Source: an uncultured Chitinophagaceae bacterium (GTDB taxonomy: Bacteria > Planctomycetota > Planctomycetia > Pirellulales > UBA1268). From it: a stretch of 64,000 nucleotides of DNA. Under the pieces are notes generated by a model. That model did no database searches. It was not told the DNA's origin and saw only the letters and a list, made by a program, of their open reading frames with translations. The stretch spans positions 8,858 to 72,857 of the forward strand of contig CAZRKH010000082.1 of assembly GCA_964600785.1 (NCBI GenBank). The letters are read 5' to 3'. A program made the translations under genes and the position numbers. Shown piece by piece: positions 11,868 to 27,157 of the stretch (position 1 is the first letter of the stretch; each line of letters opens with the position of its first letter).

Positions 11868-12571
11868 GCGGCAGACTGGCGGTGCAGGCTCGCGGAGAAT
11901 CGCGGCTGGTGTCCAACCCCTTTTCCACGCGTGCGACGCGGGTGGCCGCCGAGAGGCTTTTCGATACCGAGGGCCGGCCACTGGCCGTCGAGGAAATCGC
12001 CGGTCTGATCGAGGTCGCCGGAGGCGGGGCCCTGGTCGGCCCGCACGGCAGCGGCAAGTCGACACGGCTGGCGGCTCTCGCGGCGGTCTTTGCAGCCGCT
12101 GGTCGGGAGGTGCGATCGGTGCGGCTCGATGCGGGCGACCGCCCGGCCGCAGCGGTGCTCGCCTGCCTGAGAGCCACGGCAGGAGGGGTGGTCTGCATCG
12201 ACGGTTTCGACCGGCTCGGCCCGCTGCTCGGAGAAATCGTGCGGTGGCTGACAGTCCGCCGGCGGCTGCTGTTGGTGGTCACGGCCCACTACGGGCGGCC
12301 GCTGCTGCTGCGGATCGAGTGCCGCACGAGCCGTCGGCAGCTTGCGGAGATCGTGCGTCGCCTGCCCGGGGCCGGGGGGCCGCTGGAGGCTCTCGACATT
12401 CACGAGGCTTACGACTCGGCCGCCGGCGATCTTCGCGAGGCCCTCTTCGATCTCTACGACCGCTTCGAGGCCCGCATGCTTCGCAACCAATCTGCCGCGG
12501 GATCAACCGCCTGTGACGGCAATGAGGATTCTGCCGGCGGACGGTCGGGAATTCACGATTCCCCGCGGTGA
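11864..12571 (+). CDS. Small P-loop ATPase (AAA+, Hda/DnaA-like)
   Basis: GPHGSGKST Walker A, VVCIDG Walker B, VVTAH, GDLREALFDLYD; GTGA overlap. Confidence 0.7.
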   Translation: MSGRLAVQARGESRLVSNPFSTRATRVAAERLFDTEGRPLAVEEIAGLIEVAGGGALVGPHGSGKSTRLAALAAVFAAAGREVRSVRLDAGDRPAAAVLACLRATAGGVVCIDGFDRLGPLLGEIVRWLTVRRRLLLVVTAHYGRPLLLRIECRTSRRQLAEIVRRLPGAGGPLEALDIHEAYDSAAGDLREALFDLYDRFEARMLRNQSAAGSTACDGNEDSAGGRSGIHDSPR

Positions 12572-12723
12572 ATTTCGCCGCAGAGAGTGAATCGCCTGGC
12601 CTAGTCTTTCAAGGAATCGAGGAGATTTCCAGCAGATCGGTGCCGGCTCCCGTTCGCCTTGTCACACCACATTTCCCCGGCGGGCAGTCAAAAGGCCCAC
12701 AGCCGGTTCTCGAGGAACCACTG

Positions 12724-13869
12724 ATGCGACTTCGATCTTCGATGGCGATGCTCGCCCTGGCCGCCCTGGCAGGAATCACCCCTGCCACTGCCCGGGCTCA
12801 GTGCTGCCTTTCGGGGCTCTTCAGCGGACTGCATTCCTGCTGTCAGCCACGGGCACCCGTCTACGCGGTGGCCCCGATCGTCGCGCCGCCGGTGGCGGCC
12901 GTGCCGGCGGCTCCGCCCCCGCCCCCGCAGCCGGTGATGGTGCCGGTGCAGCAGGTCAGCTACGTGCCCGAGACCTGCTACCGAACCGAGTATCAGTGCG
13001 TTCCGCAGACCTGCTACCGCCAGATCTGTGAGATCGATCCTTGTACCGGCTGTGCGACGCCCTGCATGGAGCCGGTCACCAGCTACGTCCAAAAGCCGGT
13101 CAACGTGCCTTACACCCAGTACCGTGCCGTGACGACCACGAAATACGTGCAGGTCCAGCCCGGCTCACCTGAATACCCGGCCGCGGCTGCCGCGGTGGCT
13201 GCTCCCCCGGCCGCGGCAAGTCCCTTTGCCGCGCCAACCACACCCCAGGCGTGGGCTGCCGCAGGGGCTGACGTACCGCCCACGCTCACTCCCCAGGCCC
13301 AGCCGACGGCACCACAACAGAGTTTCCAGCAGCAGTTCCAGCAGCAGATCGTGCCGCAGTCGGGCAGCACTCCCATGTCCCAGACCCAGCCCAGGCCCGC
13401 CGGTCCTCAGCCCACCCAGCCGCCGAGCCTCACGCCGGCTCCCTCGCTCAAGCCGACGCCCGGCCCGAGTCCGACCCCTGCGCTCAAGCCGATTCCGGAG
13501 ATGCCCAGGTCGAAGCCGAAGCGGGAGAACTACGACCGAGAGAACCAAGACCAAGAGAACCAAGACCAAGAGAACCAATACCAAGAGAACCACGACCAAA
13601 ATGCCCAGCGGGGCGAGGCTGCCGCTTTGCGACCGCCGGCGTCCTACGGCCAGGGCATGCCGGTGGTGCCCGGTTCCGGGCCGAATCCCGCAACCCGCGC
13701 CTTTCCCCGGCTGCTCGAGCCGAGTGTGCACACCACCTCGACCTCCCCCGGGCAGGCGGCCGGTGGCGGATGGCTCGGCTATCAGCCTGCTCCTCCCGCG
13801 GCGGCTGCGACGCGTCGCGGCGTCACCGGCTATCCCACCGCCCTGATTCCCTCGCCGTCACCCTACTGA
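12724..13869 (+). CDS. Secreted Cys-rich / Pro-Gln-rich low-complexity protein
   Basis: Signal peptide ending ARA-QCC; CYRTEYQCVPQTCY and DPCTGC; long P/Q/A-rich tail. Confidence 0.7.
   Translation: MRLRSSMAMLALAALAGITPATARAQCCLSGLFSGLHSCCQPRAPVYAVAPIVAPPVAAVPAAPPPPPQPVMVPVQQVSYVPETCYRTEYQCVPQTCYRQICEIDPCTGCATPCMEPVTSYVQKPVNVPYTQYRAVTTTKYVQVQPGSPEYPAAAAAVAAPPAAASPFAAPTTPQAWAAAGADVPPTLTPQAQPTAPQQSFQQQFQQQIVPQSGSTPMSQTQPRPAGPQPTQPPSLTPAPSLKPTPGPSPTPALKPIPEMPRSKPKRENYDRENQDQENQDQENQYQENHDQNAQRGEAAALRPPASYGQGMPVVPGSGPNPATRAFPRLLEPSVHTTSTSPGQAAGGGWLGYQPAPPAAAATRRGVTGYPTALIPSPSPY
13525..13599 (+). repeat. 15-bp coding tandem repeat x5 (GAGAACCAAGACCAA; ENQDQ-like)
   Basis: Units encode ENYDR ENQDQ ENQDQ ENQYQ ENHDQ. 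Confidence 0.9.
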
Positions 13870-13968
13870 GCCGGCAGGCCGGAGTCTGCAAAGGCCCGCA
13901 CCGGCAGTCGGTCGCGTCATATCCGGTCCCCAGCGGCTACACTGCGGCAGACGCAGCCGAGGCCGACC

Positions 13969-15741
13969 GTGACAAACCCCGAGATCGCCGCCGTCTTCGA
14001 AAAGATCGCCGATCTTCTCGAGTTCAAGGGGGGGAATGCGTTTCGGATCAGGGCCTACCGCAACGCGGCCCGCCAGATCGACGGCATGGTCGAATCCCTC
14101 GCGGCGGTGCGAGATGATCCTTCCCGTCGGCTCACCGACCTCGACGGCATCGGAAGCGACCTCGCCGCCAAGATCGAGACCCTCCTCGCCGGAGATCGGC
14201 TGAAGATGCTCGACGATCTCGAGGCCGCCGTGCCGTCCGGGGCGTTCGACATCATGCGGGTTCCGGGTATCGGGCCCAAGAAGGCCCGGCTGCTCGTCGA
14301 GCAACTCGGTGTCGATTCGCTCGACGCGCTCGAGGCGGCATGCCGTGCAGGACGGGTTCGGGAGGTCAAGGGCTTTGCCGCCAAGACGGAAGCCGCGATT
14401 CTCGAGAACGTGGCCTTCGCCAAGAGCCCGGAAAATCGCCGGCTGCTGTGGTGCGAGGCCGACGAGATCGTGCAGCGACTGCTGAATTACCTCCGCGAAG
14501 AACCGGCGGCGAAGCGGGTGGAGGCTGCCGGAAGCTGGCGGCGGGGACGACAGACGGTCGGTGATCTCGATGTCGTTGTGGAGAGTGGATCCCCCGGGGC
14601 GGTGATGGATCGGCTCGGGGCATGGGACGATGTCGCGACCGTTCTGCTGCGCGGGGAAACGAAGATGAGCCTGCGAACCTCCGCGGGAGTCCAGGTCGAC
14701 CTGCGGGTTGTTCCTCGTGACTCCTTCGGCGCGGCCTGGCAATACTTCACCGGGTCGAAGGATCACAACGTGCTGCTTCGCGGCCGGGCCCGCGACCGCG
14801 GCCTGACGATCAATGAATACGGTGTGTTTCGCGTGGGAAAGGATGGGCAGGCCGAATCGAAGTCGGTGGCCGGCGGGAGCGAGGAATCGGTCTACGAGGC
14901 GGTGGGCCTGCCCTGGATTCCTCCGGAGCTGCGGGAGGGCCGCGAGGAGGTGGCCTTGGCCGAGCAGGACCGCCTGCCCGACCTGGTCTCCCTCGAGGCG
15001 ATACGGGGTGATCTGCACATGCACACCGACGCCACCGACGGCGAAAACAGCCTCGAGCAAATGGTCGAGGCGGCGATTGAACGCGGCCTGGAGTACATCG
15101 CGATCACCGATCACGGCCAGCGGGTGAAGATGGCCCACGGGCTCGACCGCCACCGCTTGCTGCAACAGTGGGATGCGATCGATCGCCTCAATGAATCCCT
15201 CGCCGGGCGGCATGGCGGGCCGAAGATCGTGGTGCTCAAGGGGATTGAGGTCGACATGCTCGAGAAGGGTGGGCTTGACCTGCCCGACGAGGTGCTCGCC
15301 CGCGGCGATTGGGTCGTGGCCAGCCTGCATTACGGCCAGAACCAGCCCCGCGAGCGGATCACCGCCCGCATCATCGAGGCCATCGAGAATCCCCATGTCG
15401 ACGTGATTGGCCATCCGACCGGCCGGCTGATCAATCGCCGGCCCCCCTACGATGTCGACATGGAAGCGGTGATCGAGGCCGCAGCCCGCACGGGCACCTT
15501 TCTCGAGATCAACGCCAACCCTCTGCGTCTTGACCTCGACGACGTCCATGCGGCGGCCGCCAAGCGGGCTGGTGTGAAAATCGTGATCTCCACCGATGCC
15601 CATTCGGTGCAGGGCCTCGACCTGATGCGGTATGGTGTGCTGCAGGCCCGCAGGGCGGGCCTGCAGGCCGACGACATCGCCAACACGCATTCACTCACCG
15701 GCCTTCGCACGCTTCTGAGGAGCAGCTCGCACCATGCCTGA
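13969..15741 (+). CDS. polX: DNA polymerase X / PHP 3'-5' exonuclease
   Basis: FRIRAY, GSWRRG..TVGDLD, VDLRVV, YFTGSKDHN, GDLHMHT, ITDHG, STDAH. Confidence 0.95.
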   Translation: MTNPEIAAVFEKIADLLEFKGGNAFRIRAYRNAARQIDGMVESLAAVRDDPSRRLTDLDGIGSDLAAKIETLLAGDRLKMLDDLEAAVPSGAFDIMRVPGIGPKKARLLVEQLGVDSLDALEAACRAGRVREVKGFAAKTEAAILENVAFAKSPENRRLLWCEADEIVQRLLNYLREEPAAKRVEAAGSWRRGRQTVGDLDVVVESGSPGAVMDRLGAWDDVATVLLRGETKMSLRTSAGVQVDLRVVPRDSFGAAWQYFTGSKDHNVLLRGRARDRGLTINEYGVFRVGKDGQAESKSVAGGSEESVYEAVGLPWIPPELREGREEVALAEQDRLPDLVSLEAIRGDLHMHTDATDGENSLEQMVEAAIERGLEYIAITDHGQRVKMAHGLDRHRLLQQWDAIDRLNESLAGRHGGPKIVVLKGIEVDMLEKGGLDLPDEVLARGDWVVASLHYGQNQPRERITARIIEAIENPHVDVIGHPTGRLINRRPPYDVDMEAVIEAAARTGTFLEINANPLRLDLDDVHAAAAKRAGVKIVISTDAHSVQGLDLMRYGVLQARRAGLQADDIANTHSLTGLRTLLRSSSHHA

Positions 15742-16816
15742 ACCGTGTCGCCAGCTGGCGATCGCCTTGGCCGCGATGCTTTTGGCTGCCGTCGCGGCCC
15801 GGGCTGAGCCGCCGAGGGCGGAAGAGGGCGAGGCTCCCTCGCCCGAGACCCTTGCCGCTTTCGAGGCTGCTTACAAAGGCCAGCTTCCCGCGGAAATCGC
15901 CGAGGATGCCAGGCTCTGGCGGCAGATCGCCCCGAGTGTTTACTGGCTCATGCACCGCGGCGGCGATCCCGCCGCCGGCATCGATCCCGGGCCTGCGGCC
16001 AGCTTCATCGTGCAGTTGCGGAAGCTCCACGCCTCGCGGGTGGTGATCGGCAAGGGTATCGATGTCGTCTCCCTGATGGATCCTACGCGGGGTCTCGACC
16101 CCCGGCAGGTGACGACACTGTGTGAGGCCTACGGCACCGCGGCCCGGGTCTTCAAAAAGGGTGAGGGAGCGACCCTCGCAAGCGTTGGCGATGAATTCCT
16201 CGAGGCGGTGGCCCGGCTGGCGGCAGGCGGCAAGCCCGCCACGGTGATCGTGGTCGGCCACGGGCTTCCCCGCGAGATTCAAAGCTACAAAATTCCTGTC
16301 GAGAGGCTGGCAGAGGCCCTGCTTCCGCCGGGCGATGGCGACGTCGATCTCGGTGACCTCACGTTGATCTTCGATGACTGCTACAGCGCCGACTTCTGCC
16401 TCAATCTGGCGGACTGCCTCGGAGAGGCGGCCGACGGGGCAGGCCGTCGCCTGGTCTCCCTGCCGGTGATGGTGGCCGGGGCCAATCGTTGCCAACTCGG
16501 GCATGCCAACGTGGCCGCGAAGTTCGTGCCTCACTTCTGGAAAGAAGTGATCGAACTGCTCTATATCCGCCGGCCGAGGCCCGAGGCGATCACGCTCGGT
16601 GACCTGTTCGGCAGGATCGACAATGCGATGTACGGCTACGGGCGAAGGCCCGAGTTCGTCCGCGGTCGGATCGTGGGCTACCGGGTGGTCGACCCGGAAC
16701 TCGTGCAGGATCCGGTGATCTTCGTGCCGCTCTCCGCGGAAGAGGCGGGCGAACTCGGTCGCCGACTGGGGGCCGACTCCAAGGAAAAGCCGCCCCGGCT
16801 GCTCGATATCGGCTGA
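15734..16816 (+). CDS. Secreted hypothetical protein with a clan CD (caspase-like) His/Cys motif pair
   Basis: Signal peptide; VIVVGHG and LIFDDCYSA; overlaps the polX stop. Confidence 0.6.
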   Translation: MPEPCRQLAIALAAMLLAAVAARAEPPRAEEGEAPSPETLAAFEAAYKGQLPAEIAEDARLWRQIAPSVYWLMHRGGDPAAGIDPGPAASFIVQLRKLHASRVVIGKGIDVVSLMDPTRGLDPRQVTTLCEAYGTAARVFKKGEGATLASVGDEFLEAVARLAAGGKPATVIVVGHGLPREIQSYKIPVERLAEALLPPGDGDVDLGDLTLIFDDCYSADFCLNLADCLGEAADGAGRRLVSLPVMVAGANRCQLGHANVAAKFVPHFWKEVIELLYIRRPRPEAITLGDLFGRIDNAMYGYGRRPEFVRGRIVGYRVVDPELVQDPVIFVPLSAEEAGELGRRLGADSKEKPPRLLDIG

Positions 16817-16836
16817 CTGAAAAATCCTGACGATTC

Positions 16837-17871
16837 TCAGGCCGAGGCTCGTTCGAAATCGCGGTGCAGTCGCCGGCGACGGGAGGGTTTCCACCAGCGG
16901 AGAAACCGTTGTCGTGCAGCGTCGGCCCGGCGGCGTTCATCCGCCTCCATGGCACGCAATGCCTCGCGGCTCTCGAGGGCGGCATCGTCGTGAAGCCAGC
17001 GATGAAAACGCTCGGCAGCAGCCGAGTGGTCGGTGAAGCTGCCGAGCGATTCCTGCAGTTTCTCCAGGGCGGCGGTGCACCGCCGGCGAGATTTCGGGCT
17101 GAAGACGACTCCGCAGACCTCCATTGCGTAGCGGAGCTTCTTGCCCTTGATGCGAAGTCTGTGGAGTTCGTCGGCGTCACGCAGCGGCGCGTCGGCAGCT
17201 TTGAAAAATCCGGCCATCACCGGCCGCAGTCGTTCCGCCGCAAAACGTTCAAAAGGTTCACCGCACCGGTCGCAGCCTCGATCGATGAGCCCCGCGGAGT
17301 GGGCGGGCCAGTCGGCCTCGACGAGATCTTCGTAGATCGCCTCGATCGGCTGTCGCGAGGCCTCGCGACGGCGGGAGAGCATTTCGACGAGTCGCCGACG
17401 GGCGGCCCGGGCGGGAGTGTCGGCCATCGGAACGCCTGGCGACGACGGACGGTGGCTGACACCATCCGGGCGGATCGTGATCGCCTCCGCTTGGCCGCCC
17501 TGATCGACGTGATCGACGTGTTCGGCGGGATCATCGCGTTCAGCGAGTTCAGCCATGCGACCGCTGAGCACATCGAGGTCACGGGCTTCTCCCGCGGTCC
17601 GTCGGATTCGCTTCAGCTGCCTGGCAAACCAGGCATGATGCTTGCCGGCGAGCAGCGGCCTGAAGATTTCAAGGGCCACCACCGCCCTCCGGGTGGCCAC
17701 CCGCAGCTGGTGAACATGCTCGGCCTCACGGCTGCGGTCCACGCAGAGCAGTCCAAGCCCACGCCATACCGCATCGATCCGCCGGCCGAGGATGGCATCG
17801 GCCGCTTCCTCGGCCGTCATCCTGGCCAGTTTCGGCTCAAGCCACTTTCGCGAATTCCGCGAGCCAGGCAT
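16837..17871 (-). CDS. CHAD domain protein
   Basis: VHQLRVATRR, ARDLDV, LHRLRIKGKKLRY, LQESLGSFTD. Confidence 0.9.
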   Translation of the reverse strand: MPGSRNSRKWLEPKLARMTAEEAADAILGRRIDAVWRGLGLLCVDRSREAEHVHQLRVATRRAVVALEIFRPLLAGKHHAWFARQLKRIRRTAGEARDLDVLSGRMAELAERDDPAEHVDHVDQGGQAEAITIRPDGVSHRPSSPGVPMADTPARAARRRLVEMLSRRREASRQPIEAIYEDLVEADWPAHSAGLIDRGCDRCGEPFERFAAERLRPVMAGFFKAADAPLRDADELHRLRIKGKKLRYAMEVCGVVFSPKSRRRCTAALEKLQESLGSFTDHSAAAERFHRWLHDDAALESREALRAMEADERRRADAARQRFLRWWKPSRRRRLHRDFERASA

Positions 17872-18008
17872 GGAAACACCCGCTCAATCCCTGCTGGCGG
17901 ATTCCCATCGCTCCGCCTTGGACAAATTCTAGAAAAACGGCACCGTCGAGTTCCAGTGCCGCCCCACTGCAGCGGACAAGGGCCTGGGATGGCCGTTTCC
18001 ACAGTCTG

Positions 18009-21000
18009 CTAAGAGGCCTCGGTATCGTCGTCGCCGTCCTTCGGCTCAAGCAGTCCGATATCGAGGGCCGCGGCATCCTGGGCCGCCTCCCCCGAAGCCG
18101 CCAGCCCCTCGGCTGCAGCCTGCTCCTCCTCAGCGACGCTCTCGAGCAGCGGGAACTGCCTTGCCAACGCATCGGCGCCACCGTCGCTCTGCAGGGCATC
18201 GAGGGCTTCGGGACGCACCCGAACCTCACCCGACTGGAACGTGTTAAATCCGGTGCCAGCCGGGATCAAATGGCCGAGAATCACGTTTTCCTTGAGGCCC
18301 ACCAAATTGTCGATCTTGCCGGCAAGTGCCGCCTCGGTGAGCACCTTCGTCGTTTCCTGGAAGCTTGCCGCCGAGATGAAGCTCGAACTCTGCACGCTGG
18401 CCTTGGTGATTCCCAGAAGCTGGGTGCTTGCGGTGGCGTGCTTGGGCTTGGTCCCTCTGGCGGGCGTGCCACCAAGGGCCTCGATCTGGGCATTGGTCTG
18501 CTCGAGCACATCCTTGGGAACCACGGTCCCCTCGGAAAATTCACTGTCGCCCTTCTCGGTAATCCGCAGGCCGACATCGATCTGATCGTTCGCCTGCTTG
18601 AACTCAAACTTGTCCATCACGCTACCAGGGAGCAATGTGGTGTCCCCACCGCTGTCGATTTTCACCTTTCGCAGCATCTGCGAGACAATGATCTCGATGT
18701 GCTTGTCGTCGATTTCGACCCGCTGGCTGCGATAGACGTTTTGAATCTCCCGGACGAGATACCTCTGCACCTCCTCCTCGCCCGAGATCCGCAGGATGTC
18801 ATGCGGCACCAGCGGTCCGTCGACAAGCGCCTCGCCGGCCCGCACGAAGTCGCCGGCGTGCACGCGAAGATGCTTGCCGTGGGCAACAAGATGCTCGCGC
18901 TCGATGCCGGCCTCGCTCTTGATCTTGATTGTCCGCTTGCCCCGACGCTTCTCGCCGAGCAGTTCGACCACGCCGTCGATTTCAGCCATGATTGCCGGAT
19001 CTCTCGGCTTGCGGGCCTCGAAGATCTCGGTCACTCGTGGCAGTCCGCCGGTGATGTCCTGGGTGCCGGTCGCCTCACGGGGTGTTTTGGCGAGCACGTG
19101 ACCGGCCGCCACCTGTTCTCCTTCGTCGACCTCGATGTAGGCCTTCTCGGGAAGGTAGTTGAAGTCGAGAATGTTGCCGGAGGCATCTTCGAGCACGATC
19201 TGCGGATGGTAAGCGCCCTTGTGCTCCATGATCATCCGTCTCAGATGCCCGCTGGGGTCCTTCTCGACCCGCACGGTCTCACCCTCCATCACGTCCTCGT
19301 AACGGACCTTGCCGGCCACTTCGGAGAGAATCGGGATCGAGTGGGGGTCCCACTGAACCAGCACGCTGCCCGCCTTGACCTCCTCATTCTCGGTCACCTT
19401 GAGGATGCCACCGACGGGCACGTCAAACTTCTCGAGCTCCCGGCCGGTTTCGTCGACGATCGAGATTTCACCGTTGCGGGTGAGCACCACTTGCTCCCCC
19501 TGCTCGTTGGTCACCGTCCGCAGACGGGTAAACCGCACGAGCCCGGCCTTCTTCGCCTTGCTCTCATTTTCCTCAATCGCACGCTGCCCGACACCGCCGA
19601 TGTGGAAGGTCCGCATCGTCAGCTGCGTTCCTGGCTCGCCAATGCTCTGGGCCGCAATGATGCCGACGGCCATGCCCTCCTCGACCATCGAACCGGTGGA
19701 GAGGTCCATGCCATAGCAGAGCCGACAGACACCAAGCGGGGCCTCGCATGTCAGGGGGCTACGAACCTGAAGCCGATCGAGGCCGAGAGCCTCGATCCGG
19801 CGGGCCACCGCGGGGCTGATCAGTTCGTTCTCGCCGACGACCACCTCGCCGGTCTTGGGATTACGGATCTCGTCGATGCTCACCCGACCGCGGATACTGT
19901 CGGCCAGATTGACCTCCACCTTCTCGCCGCGGTAGATGACCGTCTTTTCGATTCCCTGCGGTGTGCCGCAGTCTTCCATGGTCACGACCACGTTCTGGGC
20001 CACGTCGGCGAGTTTGCGTGTCAGGTAGCCTGAATCGGCCGTCTTGAGGGCCGTGTCGGCAAGACCTTTACGGGCACCGTGGGTGGAACTGAAGTATTCC
20101 AGCACCGTGAGGCCCTCGCGAAAGTTGGCCTTGATCGGGGTTTCGATGATCTTGCCGGAGGGCTTGGCCATCAGACCACGCATGCCGGCGAGCTGCCGAA
20201 TCTGCTCCACGCCGCCGCGGGCACCGGAATGGGCCATCAGATGGATCGGGTTCACGTAGCCGCCACGGCGGTTGGGCTTGGCGTCGGTGTCCTGCTCCAG
20301 CTCGGTCATCATTTCCTTGGTGATCTGCTCGCGGGCGTGGGTCCAGGCGTCGAGCACCTGGTTGTACCGCTCGCCGTCGGTGATCACGCCTCGCTGGTAG
20401 AGCTTCATGATCTTGAGCACGTTCTTCTCCGCCTCGCCGATGATCTTGGTTTTCGTCTCGGGAGTGATCAGGTCGTCGGTGGCGAAGGAGAGGCCGCTGC
20501 GGGTCGCCCAGCGGAAACCGATACGGTTCATGTCGTCGAGCAGGTCGATCGTACTGCGACGGTTGAGCGTCTGATAGCAGTCGGAGATCACGTTGGCCAA
20601 CGCGCCAGACCGCATCGGGTCGTTGTAGAAGAGCATCCCGTCGGGAAGGATCGAGTTGAACAGCACCCGGCCGGCGGTCGTTTCAATCAGGGCACCAGGC
20701 TCACTTTCCACGTCGGCATCGGTCTTCAGCCGCCGATCGCCCGGCAGCTTGACCTTGATCCTCGCATGGGTGTCGACCTTGCCGAGCGAATGGGCCAGTT
20801 CCACCTCCTCGAAGCTGCGAAAGACCATTCCCTCGCCAGCCCGCCCCGGCAGGGCCATTGTGAGGTAGTAGCAGCCCATCACGACGTCTTGCGAAGGCGA
20901 GATGATCGGAGCCCCGTTGGCGGGGCTGAAGATGTTGTTGGTGGAAAGCATCAGGGTGTGTGCCTCCACCTGGGCTTCGATCGAGAGCGGCAGGTGGACC

Positions 21001-22394
21001 GCCATCTGGTCGCCGTCGAAGTCGGCATTGAAGCCCTTGCAGACGAGCGGATGGAGCTTGATCGCGTTGCCCTCGACAAGCACCGGCTCAAAGGCCTGGA
21101 TTCCCATCCGATGCAGCGTGGGCGCCCGATTGAGAAGCACGGGGTGGTTGCGGATCACCTCCTCGAGGATGTCCCAGACCTCCGCCTCCTTCCGCTCGAG
21201 CATCTTCTTGGCACTCTTGATGGTGTCGGCATGGCCGAGATCCTTGAGCCGCCGGATGATGAAGGGCTGGTAGAGTTCCAGCGCGATCTTCTTCGGCAGG
21301 CCGCACTGGTGGAGACGGAGATTCGGCCCCACCACGATCACGCTCCGCGCCGAGTAGTCGACCCGCTTGCCGAGGAGATTCTCGCGGAACCGGCCCTGCT
21401 TGCCCTTGATCATGTCGGTCAGGCTCTTGAGAGGGCGGTTGCTCGAGGCGAGCACCGGCCGCTTGCAGCGGCTGTTGTCAAAGAGGGAATCGACCGACTG
21501 CTGCAGCATCCGCTTTTCATTGCGGATGATCACCTCCGGGGCGTTGAGGTCGACCAGTTTCTTCAGCCGGTTGTTGCGGTTGATGATCCGACGGTAGAGG
21601 TCGTTGAGATCGCTGGTGGCGAAATTGCCGCTGTCAAGCATGACCAGCGGCCGCAGGTCCGGCGGGATCACCGGGATCACGTCGAGCACCATCCATTCCG
21701 GCTTGTTCTCGCTGTCCCGGATCGCCTCAACGATCTTCAGCCGGTTGACGAGGTCCTTCATCTTCTGTTTTGAGCCGGTGGTTGCCAGCTCGTCACGAAG
21801 CTCCTTGGAGAGCGTCACAAGATCGAGCGACAGCAGAAGTTTGCGGACCGCCTCGGCGCCCATGCCCGCCTCGAAGGCACCCTCGCCGTAGTCGGTCTTG
21901 GCCTGCCGGTACTCTTCCTCGGAGAGCAACTGCTGACGCTTCAGCGGCGTGTCGCCCGGCTCGAGAACCACATAGTCCTGAAAATAGATCACCTTCTCGA
22001 GGCTCGAGGTCTTCATGTCGAGCAGGGCGCCGAGTCGGCTGGGCATCGCCTTGAAGAACCAGATGTGGACCACCGGCGCAGCCAGCTCGATGTGCCCCAT
22101 CCGCTTGCGGCGAACGCGGCTGTGGGTGACCTTCACGCCGCAGCGGTCGCAGATCATGCCCTTGTATTTCATCCCGCGGTATTTGCCGCAGGCGCACTCC
22201 CAGTCCTTTTCTGGACCGAAGATCCGCTCGCACATCAGGCCGTCCTTTTCAGGACGGTAGGTACGGTAATTGATGGTTTCCGGCTTCTTCACCTCGCCGA
22301 ACGACCAGCTGCGAATGTCGTGCGGCCTGGCCAGGCTGACCTTCACGGCAGAGTAGTCGTTGACGCGATCGTAGGTGGCTTCGCCGATGCTCAC
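18009..22394 (-). CDS. rpoC: DNA-directed RNA polymerase beta' subunit
   Basis: [50 protein letters not shown]. Confidence 0.99.
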   Translation of the reverse strand: MSIGEATYDRVNDYSAVKVSLARPHDIRSWSFGEVKKPETINYRTYRPEKDGLMCERIFGPEKDWECACGKYRGMKYKGMICDRCGVKVTHSRVRRKRMGHIELAAPVVHIWFFKAMPSRLGALLDMKTSSLEKVIYFQDYVVLEPGDTPLKRQQLLSEEEYRQAKTDYGEGAFEAGMGAEAVRKLLLSLDLVTLSKELRDELATTGSKQKMKDLVNRLKIVEAIRDSENKPEWMVLDVIPVIPPDLRPLVMLDSGNFATSDLNDLYRRIINRNNRLKKLVDLNAPEVIIRNEKRMLQQSVDSLFDNSRCKRPVLASSNRPLKSLTDMIKGKQGRFRENLLGKRVDYSARSVIVVGPNLRLHQCGLPKKIALELYQPFIIRRLKDLGHADTIKSAKKMLERKEAEVWDILEEVIRNHPVLLNRAPTLHRMGIQAFEPVLVEGNAIKLHPLVCKGFNADFDGDQMAVHLPLSIEAQVEAHTLMLSTNNIFSPANGAPIISPSQDVVMGCYYLTMALPGRAGEGMVFRSFEEVELAHSLGKVDTHARIKVKLPGDRRLKTDADVESEPGALIETTAGRVLFNSILPDGMLFYNDPMRSGALANVISDCYQTLNRRSTIDLLDDMNRIGFRWATRSGLSFATDDLITPETKTKIIGEAEKNVLKIMKLYQRGVITDGERYNQVLDAWTHAREQITKEMMTELEQDTDAKPNRRGGYVNPIHLMAHSGARGGVEQIRQLAGMRGLMAKPSGKIIETPIKANFREGLTVLEYFSSTHGARKGLADTALKTADSGYLTRKLADVAQNVVVTMEDCGTPQGIEKTVIYRGEKVEVNLADSIRGRVSIDEIRNPKTGEVVVGENELISPAVARRIEALGLDRLQVRSPLTCEAPLGVCRLCYGMDLSTGSMVEEGMAVGIIAAQSIGEPGTQLTMRTFHIGGVGQRAIEENESKAKKAGLVRFTRLRTVTNEQGEQVVLTRNGEISIVDETGRELEKFDVPVGGILKVTENEEVKAGSVLVQWDPHSIPILSEVAGKVRYEDVMEGETVRVEKDPSGHLRRMIMEHKGAYHPQIVLEDASGNILDFNYLPEKAYIEVDEGEQVAAGHVLAKTPREATGTQDITGGLPRVTEIFEARKPRDPAIMAEIDGVVELLGEKRRGKRTIKIKSEAGIEREHLVAHGKHLRVHAGDFVRAGEALVDGPLVPHDILRISGEEEVQRYLVREIQNVYRSQRVEIDDKHIEIIVSQMLRKVKIDSGGDTTLLPGSVMDKFEFKQANDQIDVGLRITEKGDSEFSEGTVVPKDVLEQTNAQIEALGGTPARGTKPKHATASTQLLGITKASVQSSSFISAASFQETTKVLTEAALAGKIDNLVGLKENVILGHLIPAGTGFNTFQSGEVRVRPEALDALQSDGGADALARQFPLLESVAEEEQAAAEGLAASGEAAQDAAALDIGLLEPKDGDDDTEAS

Positions 22395-22470
22395 GTTTAT
22401 GTCTCCTGAAGTGTTCTCGACTTGTGGTTCATTCCCTGCCCGCGGGGCGAAGGCCGGAATCTGCTCGCTC

Positions 22471-22539
22471 GCGGAAATCCCCGCGGAAATCCCCGCGGAA
22501 ATCCCCGCGGAAATCCCCGCGGAAATCCCCGCGGAAATC

Positions 22540-22540
<1 letters not shown>
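22471..22540. repeat. 12-bp tandem repeat (GCGGAAATCCCC), 5 full copies plus 10 bp, in the rpoB-rpoC spacer
   Basis: Perfect copies read directly; on the transcript the array begins at the rpoB stop codon. Confidence 0.95.
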
Positions 22541-26292
<3,752 letters not shown>

Positions 26293-26620
26293 TGAGAAGA
26301 GGCTCCTGAGTTGGTGGTTTGGCGAGCGGCTGTGAATCGGCAGGCGGCAATCACTGCCGGCAGATGACGGCAGCGCGACTGCGGTCAGGCCGGTTCAGGT
26401 CAGGCTGAGCAAATCGCGTTCCACCGTTGTCGAGGGTGAAGGCGATCGCTTTGGGACACACGGGCATAGGCGGGATCGCGAGCGAGCGGTGGACAGCCGC
26501 GGTGGCTCGCAAACCGAATCCAGGATGGCGGAAGGCTGGGGGCTCTGCAGAACCCGGAAGTATACCGGCTCTTGGCCAGAAATCCAAATTCCCGGCCTGA
26601 GGCCCCGGTTTTTCCGGCGT

Positions 26621-27037
26621 TTACTTGATCGCAACCGTGGCCTTGGCCTCCTCGAGTTCGGCCTTGAGTTTCTCCGCGTCTTCCTTGGAGATGCCCTCTT
26701 TGATCTTTGCCGGGGCGGATTCCACGAGTTCCTTGGCCTCCTTGAGGCCCAGGCCCGTGGCCGTCCGTACGACCTTGATCACGCCGATCTTGTTGTCGCC
26801 GAAGCTCTCGAGCACCACGTCAAACTCGGTCTGCTCGGCTGCGGCCTCGCCGCCGCCCTCGCCGCCGCCACCGCCTGCAGCCACCATCACCGCCCCGCCC
26901 GATGCGGGCTTGATGCCGTGCACCTCGTCGAGGTAGTCGGAAAGCTCCTTCGCCGCCTTCAACGTCAGCCCGACGATCTTGTCACCGAGTTCCTTCGTCT
27001 CGCCGGAAAACTCTCGGGTTTCTTCAGCCGTTGCCAT
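26621..27037 (-). CDS. rplL: 50S ribosomal protein L7/L12
   Basis: [31 protein letters not shown]. Confidence 0.98.
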   Translation of the reverse strand: MATAEETREFSGETKELGDKIVGLTLKAAKELSDYLDEVHGIKPASGGAVMVAAGGGGGEGGGEAAAEQTEFDVVLESFGDNKIGVIKVVRTATGLGLKEAKELVESAPAKIKEGISKEDAEKLKAELEEAKATVAIK

Positions 27038-27157
27038 TGCTATCTGATCCTTTCACTGAAAAAAACCGGCGCGACCGCCCTCCGCCGCCGCAACCGATGT
27101 CTCGAACCTGAACCTGTTTTGTTTGTGACGTTGCCGGTGTGATCCCTCTGTGCGTCG

